Positions 24,543 through 32,610 of a DNA stretch of 60,000 nt are shown piece by piece; the stretch's first letter is position 1, and every line of letters begins with the position of its first letter. Both the position numbers and the translations under genes were made by a program. This DNA comes from Laetmonice hystrix (taxonomy: Eukaryota), in contig OZ249436.1 in the NCBI GenBank assembly GCA_965235115.1, positions 41,542,001 through 41,602,000 on the forward strand. The letters are read 5' to 3'. The notes under the pieces are model-generated. The model was not told the origin of the DNA and searched no databases. It was given only the letters and a program-made list of their open reading frames with translations.

Positions 24543-25616
24543 CTACACATCCCGAATATCAGATTCTCTCACCCACGAGTTATATTTTGGTGGCCTGTGC
24601 AACCATCTGACAAACGCCATTTTGTTTTTCCCTTTGCCTTTACGTTTAAATATTTTTTCCACCTTCCACAGATCATCTACGTCGACTCTCTGAAGCTCTT
24701 GCTGGTAGAACGTCCCAACCACCTCTTCGTTTTGAAAGTCTATTAGTTTGTAAATGTGGAGACCTTTTCGGTGTAAACGTTTAGAAATTTTGAACACCTC
24801 ACCCGTCCATTTTTCATCGTATTCTCGACTAAAAGGGTTGCGCAAGTAGGTGATTCTCACATAGTCACCGGTATTAAATTTGAATGGTTTGATTCCTTTC
24901 TTCGAAAGGTAGGGCCAGTATAATTTCCACCAAAGATAAGTTTCCTTTTCTTCTGACACATCCGCTGGAGCCATCCCGATAGAACGATGGTAGGTGTGAT
25001 TGTAGCTATGAGCTATATCGGGAAGTATGTTCACATAGGTGTAGGTTTGTTTTGCCGTAAAAAATCGATATATTTTAGACTTGACAGTTTTGATGACTCG
25101 TTCCGCGTAATTAGCTTTGACTTCATTTTGTGTGACAAAATGGTGGATATCGTTCTTTGTGAAAACAGACTGAACGACCTTAGCTCTGAATTCCTGTCCT
25201 TTGTCGCTTCGAAGATATTGGGGTTGGCGTCCCTGAGAGAAGATCTCTCGAAAGGCCTGGGCTACTTCAGACCCGGCTTTTGTTTTGAGTGGTTTAAGCC
25301 ATAGGTATCGAGAGAAAAGATCGATCACGACAAGAATGAAGCTAGTGCCTTTGTTGAATGTTGACAGGCGAGAAAAATCAATGAGATCTGCATCCCACTC
25401 ATCATCGATACCAGATACGACCACCTTACTTCTCTGGAATCTTCTGGAAATGGGCTTGTGAAGAGTGTAGGATTCTTGTTTTCCTAGCCATTGTTCGATC
25501 TGATGTAAAGTGTAGCGTTTCCCGTCAGCTAAAGCAGCTCTATACAACTTGGATACACCACCAAAACTGGCCGGATGTTTTGGATCGTAATATACCGATG
25601 TCAGGTAACCGTCCAT
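24543..25616 (-). CDS. Retroviral-type (RVE) integrase with C-terminal chromodomain, Polinton type, 357 aa, intact
   Basis: N-terminal YYDPKHPASFGG typical of Polinton integrases. DDE motifs WDADLID, SDKGQEF, AERVIKT. Chromodomain WKVEKIFKRK...FVRW...YNSWV. Confidence 0.92.
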   Translation of the reverse strand: MDGYLTSVYYDPKHPASFGGVSKLYRAALADGKRYTLHQIEQWLGKQESYTLHKPISRRFQRSKVVVSGIDDEWDADLIDFSRLSTFNKGTSFILVVIDLFSRYLWLKPLKTKAGSEVAQAFREIFSQGRQPQYLRSDKGQEFRAKVVQSVFTKNDIHHFVTQNEVKANYAERVIKTVKSKIYRFFTAKQTYTYVNILPDIAHSYNHTYHRSIGMAPADVSEEKETYLWWKLYWPYLSKKGIKPFKFNTGDYVRITYLRNPFSREYDEKWTGEVFKISKRLHRKGLHIYKLIDFQNEEVVGTFYQQELQRVDVDDLWKVEKIFKRKGKGKNKMAFVRWLHRPPKYNSWVRESDIRDV

Positions 25617-25674
25617 CCTCTACCCTGCCCCAAAGACAAATGAGTGAAAGTGTCAAATGTTTGTCTTATATGGG

Positions 25675-27207
25675 CTACGTCTCTTCGTCCGTTTCTTCTT
25701 CATCGTCTGATTCTTCTTCATCATCTGATTCTTCTTCATCAGACTCAAACACTTCCTCGAATTCCAATTTACGCTTGATGAGTGCCCGTTTGATGGCCGC
25801 CTTTGCTGACATGCCGCCTTTTACCAGACTTTCTGCATGATCTAGAATAGCCTCTGTGACATGGTTGTGCCTCACATCCAGCGCTGTTTCCAGAAAATGT
25901 TTATACAAAGTAAAGAACTTCCCTATGTCTTCTTCCCGCACCAATCCATTCGCTCTCTTTTTAGCCTCGTCTATGGCTACTCCCTTATCAGTGAGTCGGG
26001 TGACTTCATTTTCCCAAGTTTCACTGTTTTCTTCTCTGGCTTTTTCCCATAAATTGATTATAGAAGGATAGTCAGCGATGTTGTCTTCTACGTTTTGGTC
26101 TTCATTGCTAACCAATTCGTCACTGAGATCAATACGTTTCTTTTTGTTAACGGGTTCATGGTCGTTATTATTTTCCGGACACCATTTGCGTACGTGTCTG
26201 TGTAGATCATACATATTTGAAAACACTTGCCCACAATCTTCACATGAATGGAAATTGCTTTGCTGTGTGGGTTTTTGCACAGCCATGTGAGATGTATGAT
26301 GTGGTGTAGTCTGCTCGGGAACGATGTGAACGCTTTGCTGGTTAGCTTCCAAATGAGGGAGTTTACTCACTGCACCGCCCTTTATAAGCCTCTCTGAGTC
26401 GGGTGTCTCAGGTTTGAGGTCCACCACTAAATAGCCGTAAGGTTGATGGGTAGCAGCTTCAAATGCATTCATGAAAGTGTCGGTCTTAGATGGATACATT
26501 TGGCGAGCCAGGGTCATGATTTGTTGTTTGTCTCCAGGACTTTTGAATAAGACGAGATAATGGGCGTTCCGACGCTGTGTGGGATCTTTGGTAAAGTATA
26601 AATTCTGACTGAGGGCCACGACCGAAAGGTTGCGATGGTGGGAACCTTCGTAAAACAGTTCTGTCACATGTGGATCTTTGGCCGCTGAAGACATCAGATC
26701 GTCGAGTATCAGCAAATTTCTGACCGAGGGATCGATAAAGGAATCTTGGTCGAGATCTGGTGGGATTCCTTGAACGAATTCCACACGAGGGTATACGGTG
26801 TTTAAAACCTCTGTATACAAAGGCTGCCATCGCTTGTAAAGCCAAATAATTCTTTGAGGTTTGGGACTGATTCTCATGTGTTGTAACATGTCTTTGACGA
26901 AGGATGTTTTTCCACAACTTGTCGGGCCAGCCACGAGGGCGGTAAAAGTATGTTTGTATGTCATGCAAACTGGCACAAGCTGCTGCTGCTGCGCCGCCGC
27001 CGCCGTTTTTGCCGCCGCCGCCGTCGGTTTTGCCGCCGCCGCTGCCGTTGGTGTCACCGGCACCTGTGTTGGCACTTGCATATTTTCTGGGTGTTTTTCC
27101 TTTTGATGCCTGTTGAGATCGTATTGTCTCGTGTAGGATTTAAGACACACTGAACAATGAAACATGATGTTTACTGTTGGGTGTCTAAACAAGGACTGAC
27201 CATCCAT
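25675..27207 (-). CDS. A32/FtsK-like genome-packaging ATPase with flanking zinc fingers and acidic tail, 510 aa, intact
   Basis: Walker A GPTSCGKT, Walker B LLILDD, plus HHRNLSVVALSQN and RRNAHYLVLFK. N-terminal C2H2 CSVC...HQKEKH; second finger CEDC...HVRKWC. Confidence 0.88.
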   Translation of the reverse strand: MDGQSLFRHPTVNIMFHCSVCLKSYTRQYDLNRHQKEKHPENMQVPTQVPVTPTAAAAAKPTAAAAKTAAAAQQQQLVPVCMTYKHTFTALVAGPTSCGKTSFVKDMLQHMRISPKPQRIIWLYKRWQPLYTEVLNTVYPRVEFVQGIPPDLDQDSFIDPSVRNLLILDDLMSSAAKDPHVTELFYEGSHHRNLSVVALSQNLYFTKDPTQRRNAHYLVLFKSPGDKQQIMTLARQMYPSKTDTFMNAFEAATHQPYGYLVVDLKPETPDSERLIKGGAVSKLPHLEANQQSVHIVPEQTTPHHTSHMAVQKPTQQSNFHSCEDCGQVFSNMYDLHRHVRKWCPENNNDHEPVNKKKRIDLSDELVSNEDQNVEDNIADYPSIINLWEKAREENSETWENEVTRLTDKGVAIDEAKKRANGLVREEDIGKFFTLYKHFLETALDVRHNHVTEAILDHAESLVKGGMSAKAAIKRALIKRKLEFEEVFESDEEESDDEEESDDEEETDEET

Positions 27208-27380
27208 GCGTATATTACTGCCTTATGTAGTAACCATAGGTATCTATCGTCGTCTTGGTATTTTTTTTTCTTGCAAGAATTACTGTGTTTTATATATGCC
27301 CCCCGCCTCACTATACCGACACAAATCTTACCTATATTACCACGCTTGATAAAGGTGGCGAATATATCATCACCTCAGCA

Positions 27381-27525
27381 TGTGGTGGTGGTGTGTGGTG
27401 GTGGTGGTGGTGGTGTGTGGTGGTGTGTGGTGGTGGTGGTGGTGGTGGTGGTGGTGGTGTGTGGTGGTGGTGGTGGTGTGTGGTGGTGGTGGTGTGTGTT
27501 GGGGTGTGGTGGTGGGGTGTGTGCG
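27381..27525 (+). repeat. (GGT)n/(GT)n microsatellite inside the Polinton-like element
   Basis: Read directly; lies between the pPolB stop and the ATPase start. Confidence 0.9.
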
Positions 27526-27689
27526 CAGTGATATGGGGGTATATACGGACACGTGATACGGGGGGGGGATCGGGCTGATAATTGACTACGTTAAGTTTTT
27601 AGCATATATGTTAGAATCTAAGGTTTTTCTATAGCGCCATTCCCACCCAAACACAACACATTGTTTTTCTTTTTTAAGTTTTATTTAAA

Positions 27690-30600
27690 TCACACTATCT
27701 TGTAGTGGCCATACGCCAGGGTGTCACAACCGTTGTCCAGGATATACCGCTTGTCATCATAGGGGGAGAGGCTGGTTTTGTTCAAACACACAGTATAAAG
27801 TTCGTGGTTAAAACTGCGAATCTGAGCCATTGTGTTCATCTTTGTGGCTTTCTGAAACAGGGTGTCTTCATAGTCGTCATGATGAAGTTGGTTTTTCACC
27901 ACCGCCCGGCTGATTCCTTTGGCCGTCTTTTTCTCTTTCCCATCGTACAAAAGACTGTACATTTTAGACCTCAGGCCTACAAACTCGGACGGTGGTACTC
28001 CAGCACATTCATCCTTCATTTTACCTAACACTTTTTTGTTGAGAACATGGTCTTGAGGGTAGTCTGACGTGTCGAAATAATGAGAGTCGGCTGCCATATC
28101 CATGTAGATGTCTGGAGTTGTAATTTCATAGCAGAGGCTGTCTGTGTCTGTGAACAACAACTTTGCGTTTTCTTGATACTTCTGAAGCATGTAGGAGTAG
28201 TGAAAGTCATACATAAGAGTCTTAGAAAGATCCAGAATGCAGAAACCAACGTAGATGGGTCGGTTCAATTTCAGTTTAGCTTTTCGCATGTGCACTGCAG
28301 CCAGGTCTTCATTGAACAGTTTAAATGCGTGAAAGGTGGGTTTACACGCCAGTTTCTTGACTTTTTTCTCAGAGTTGACCAGTTTGACATCAATACGTTT
28401 GCGAAGATTTTCCATGGTTTTACCGAATACGCTGTTGTTCATCAGTTTAAAGAAATCCTTCTGAAAATCATTTGTTGCTGCTTTTCTCTTTTCCGTGTTA
28501 AAGTCTATGTATGATTTGAGCCAGGGACTCTGTTGAAAAGCCAATACGCGATGAACCTTGGTAAGTACCATGCCAAGCGACAGATAGAGTTTCAAGTTAC
28601 GGTAGTGCACCACATAGCGGGTTTTGGGGTGTAGGTTAGGAACGAGCTTCTCTACAGAATGACAGCTGTGACCTAGTTCCTGGCAGTAGGGTGACAGCAT
28701 ATCGGGTGTGATAGCGAGACGTTCAGGTGCCAGTGGGTAGTCGCTATGTAGGTCATGAAGACGTGAAGGGTATTCCAGATCTACTTCTAATATATATATC
28801 CCTCCTTGCTGTCATCAGGTACTGTTGTCACATCGATGGGATCAGTCCAATAGAAACCGTGGGTGGGTAGCGGTTCTGACATAGCCCATCCATACAGGTT
28901 GTTGGCATCCAGATACATGATGTACTGAGAGGGGGTGTGGGGGTCAAAGTTCGGGAGGTACGGGTTGTTAGCCTTCGCGTAGCGATTGGATATCATAGAT
29001 ATTCCGCCCCGCAGTCCTTTCTCAATGAATAAGTGCATGTCCAAATCAGTCAGAAGCTCTAACCTTTGACCTGTCATTTTCAAACAGGCTTGCCAAGCCA
29101 GCCCCGGCGAGGTGTAAAAGTGGGCTGGATCCAGTTCGTAATAGGCAAGACAAATGTCTCTAAAGTTTTCAAACACATCAGCAAGTTGTAAAGTATCAGA
29201 CAGCAAATAGAGATCGTGGTATTCTCCCAGAGATGTGATGTCAAATGTCTCCCACACTTGGTTGGCTTGTGTGTAATCCTCCTCTGTAATGGACTCGCCT
29301 GTTAACACGTTATCAAAAGCCGATAACGGAGGAAGCTGTGTGTCTTGGAGTTTATCTGGAGAATCGACGTAATCATAGGGGTAAACACCCTTACGCAGCA
29401 GCAGTGGCATCTGACTTTCGGTAAAACGAGCTTGTAAGTGTTTAAATTCATCGAGATTGGACACGAGTTTTCCCAAAGAAGCTGGTAGGAACTGAAAACT
29501 ATCGATGAAATCCATAGAACCCATGGAAAACGATACGTATTTCTCCATATTGTTGGGGATGCATTTGACCTCTTTATCAGCTTTGCCTATGGCTTGCATG
29601 ATCAGGTGGGCATCGTATCCTCTCAGGTTGTGAAAAACGACAGGGATGCGATTGCGCAATCTGTAGTTCACGTTACACTCGTTATGGGCTGCACCTCGGA
29701 ACGTACCGGTGATATGGCAGTGATCCCTCACTCTATCGTCTCCGAGGACTCCATGGCAGATGTGACAGTGCTCTGCAGTCTGGAACGCTCTCCAGTCTAC
29801 AACGGTCATGTGAAGGGGTTTGGGGTTTTTGTATACGAGGTCCAAGCGGTCTTGTATTTTTAACATGTGTTCGATAAACGTGTCTGCCACATCCTCCCCA
29901 CGGTAAACGACAGGATCACGGGAATAATCATCATTTAAACCCACCAGCTTGTAGGCGAAACCTGACGGGACGTGTTGGGTCAGCTTGTGCGTGTACGAGT
30001 GGGATGGATCAGGAGAACACGTGTCTATTTTGGTGGCAAAACATTCAAAGTCAGCATAAATCACATACGGCACTTTCAGTTGCTTGGATACATCCGTATA
30101 GGAAAGCCATTTGTCTTTCTCTGTAGGCAGTTCAATTTTCTGAGGGCCATGAATTTGACAATATGGGATGTGATCAGCGAGTAGAGATTCCTTGGTAAAT
30201 CCATGGAGACAGTATGGACAAAAATACCCTCGGTTCTTTTTTGTCTTCTGATCAAACAAAAGCTTGTTTAGGTCTTTGATCCAACAGTAATGCGACTTTT
30301 TCCCGTCCGAGAGCATCAACAAATTGACGTGGTTATCACACCGTTCAGTCGTAATCCGTACGGGTAGAATTTCCCCCTTCTCATAACCGAACACGTTGAT
30401 AGACATCTGGTTGTGGTGTTCAAATTTGGTGATGTCGGGTATCTTCACCGGATAACTCATCCCTGTCATGTCCAGTCTGTCTACCTTGTCAGCATATTTT
30501 GCCACGCGCTGAGGGTTGCTTACAGGAGGGAATAGGGCAGCCAGGACGGACCACAGAAAACATTTCTTGTCTCTATTGTGCACATTGATGATGGCGTGTT

Positions 30601-31198
30601 TCAATCTCAGTTTGTTGGGTAGAGGTATGTAACTTGATCCTCTCAAGGGTTGATACCGAGCCATGTGTATCGTCAGCTCGATGACATGATCCAACACCCA
30701 ATTACTACCTTGCGGTTGATATTCGGTAAATGACTGGTGAATCTTTTTAACAGAGTCCTGGAACCCAGCCTCGATATCGTCAGGTTTGAGGGTTACCTGA
30801 CACTTTCCTCTGAAATCGGGGGTGAGCGTCTCGTCTTTCTTCTCTTTTTTGAACTGAACTTGGATGGAATAATACCATTTCACTGCAGCTTTCTCCATCC
30901 TCAAACGATTGACGATATGCTCCTTATATTTTCCGAGAAATACCATGGGATCTTTCTCGTGAGTAGCAGGAATGCTCGCCGTTTTCAACGAACCTTTCAC
31001 CGCCGCCCGTTCGAAAAACTCCTGGCACTCATCCTGGTGGTGTGTGAGGACGTGTTGCTTGTACTTGTCCTTTCTGTAAAACTGCTTTCCACAGGTGGTG
31101 CAATGGTACTGGGGCACATCGTGTGTTTTCTTATGGCGTACCAGCCCCTTCTTATATTTGAAGGTTTTGGTACACTCGTCACATACAAACGATTTCAT
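27690..31198 (-). CDS. Protein-primed family B DNA polymerase (~1168 aa when corrected), split by a 2-bp insertion in a (TA)n run near 28790-28799
   Basis: ExoI YADFE, ExoII FHNLRGYD, ExoIII LYLLSD; motif A YLDANNLYGWAM, motif B KLMNNSVFGK, motif C TDTDS, and KTAKG. Removing 2 nt restores GYILEVDLEYPSRLHDLHSDYPLAPE and joins ORFs 28787-31198 and 27690-28700. AATAAA follows the stop (27680-27685). Confidence 0.92.
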
Positions 31199-31419
31199 CT
31201 TAGCTTGTATGATATCTCAAAGTAACTTCTCCGGCTGTGCGATGTGAACAGGTCGGTGTCTCATTGAAGAGTGACTTCTCCAGCCGTGTGTGAGCTGTGT
31301 GTGAGTCTAACATGCGCATGCGCAGGGGTGACAGCGCCTCTATGAGGCTTCTGTGACACTAAATTGGGGCGGGTCCGCCAACTCAAGACGTGTACAGGCC
31401 TGCCTAACTAGGTCACCTC

Positions 31420-31846
31420 CGCACCCCGCCGGGGTCATGGGGTCATCAGCGTCGCCAGAGGGTGGGGTTTCCTTTTTGCTATAAATAGCAGGGTAGGGTA
31501 CTATAAATAGTCCTGACGTCATTTGGGGTCGACTTGTTAGTGGTGACTGGGGGGTGGGGGTGGGGGTGGGGGGTGTTACTATAAATAGCGTGGTAGGGCA
31601 CTATAAATAGTGCTGACGTCATTTGGGGTCGACTTGTTGTGCTGACTGGGGGGGGGGCGTGGGTCCCCTCATTAGGTACTATAAATAGCGCTGACGTCAT
31701 CGTCTGCAGGCGTCGACTTGTTAGCCATAGTGCTGACGTCACCCTGGGGCCGACCCACATACTTGGGGGGCGGCTGTGGGGGGCCATTTTTCCCCATTGG
31801 AATAACATAGGACCAGGTGTGCCAGGACCCTCCTTTTGACACTACT
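31420..31846 (-). repeat. Right terminal inverted repeat of the Polinton-like element (427 bp)
   Basis: Mirror of 23625-24054; ends ACTACT and is followed by the TSD AAAGTG. Confidence 0.95.
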
Positions 31847-32391
31847 AAAGTGGATGGATTGATGGGGATGTTTTCTTGGTCTGGCTGCGTCACTTCCACG
31901 CACAAGTGAAGTCAACCAAGGAGCAACCGGTTCTACTGATTCTTGACGGTCATGCTGCTCACACCAAAAATCTCAACGCTATCGATTTCGCGCAAGACAA
32001 TGGAATACACATGATTTCGCTGCCACCTCACACTACCCATCGGTTACAGCCACTAGACCGCACATTCTTTAAACCTTTGATGACCCATTACAACCAGGCT
32101 GCTGATAAATAGATGCGCAACCACCCGGGGCGGCGAATAACTACCTTTCAGATCTCGCAACTCTTCGGTGAGGCCTACATAAAGTCGAATGCAGTGAATG
32201 GCTTTTCAAAGTGTGGTATTTGGCCCTGTAATCGAGATATTTTTACAGATGCTGATTTCGTAACCTCAGATCAGTTCGTGGCGTCCAATGAAGCGTCTTC
32301 GGTGATATCTAGTACGTCGCCACAGCTCTTACCATGCACTTCCCTTGGCCCGCAACCAATTTCCTCAGTGTCACCTGTTACAGTCTTCAGC

Positions 32392-32610
32392 GAGGCTTCA
32401 CCTGTCGCTGCCACCAACGAGGCTTCATCTGTCGCTGCCACCAACGAGGCTTCACCTGTCTCTGCCACCAACGAGGCTTCACCTGTCGCTGCCACCAATG
32501 CCAATGAGGCTTCACCTGTCGCTGCCACCAATGCCAATGAGGCTTCACATGTCGCTGCCACCAACGAGACTTCATCTGTCGCTGCCAATGAGGCTTCACC
32601 TGTCGCTGAC
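32392..32610 (+). repeat. Coding minisatellite (27/33-bp units, EASPVAATN) in the pogo transposase linker
   Basis: About 8 units related to GAGGCTTCACCTGTCGCTGCCACCAA. Confidence 0.85.

Larger units (their letters stand above)
23625..31846 (-). mobile_element. Compact Polinton/Maverick-like self-synthesizing element, 8,222 bp, three genes
   Basis: Termini AGTAGTGTCAAAAGG ... CCTTTTGACACTACT. 6-bp TSD AAAGTG at 23619-23624 and 31847-31852. Encodes pPolB, packaging ATPase and RVE integrase, all on the minus strand. Confidence 0.95.

Noticed and set aside
27157..27578. Poly-Val/Gly/Trp/His ORFs on both strands
   Set aside because: These are translations of the (GGT)n microsatellite.
24987..31225. 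Plus-strand ORFs inside the Polinton-like element as candidate capsid or accessory genes
   Set aside because: All are short (162 aa or less), antisense to the real genes or on the microsatellite, and show no recognisable motifs. A profile search would be needed for formal exclusion.
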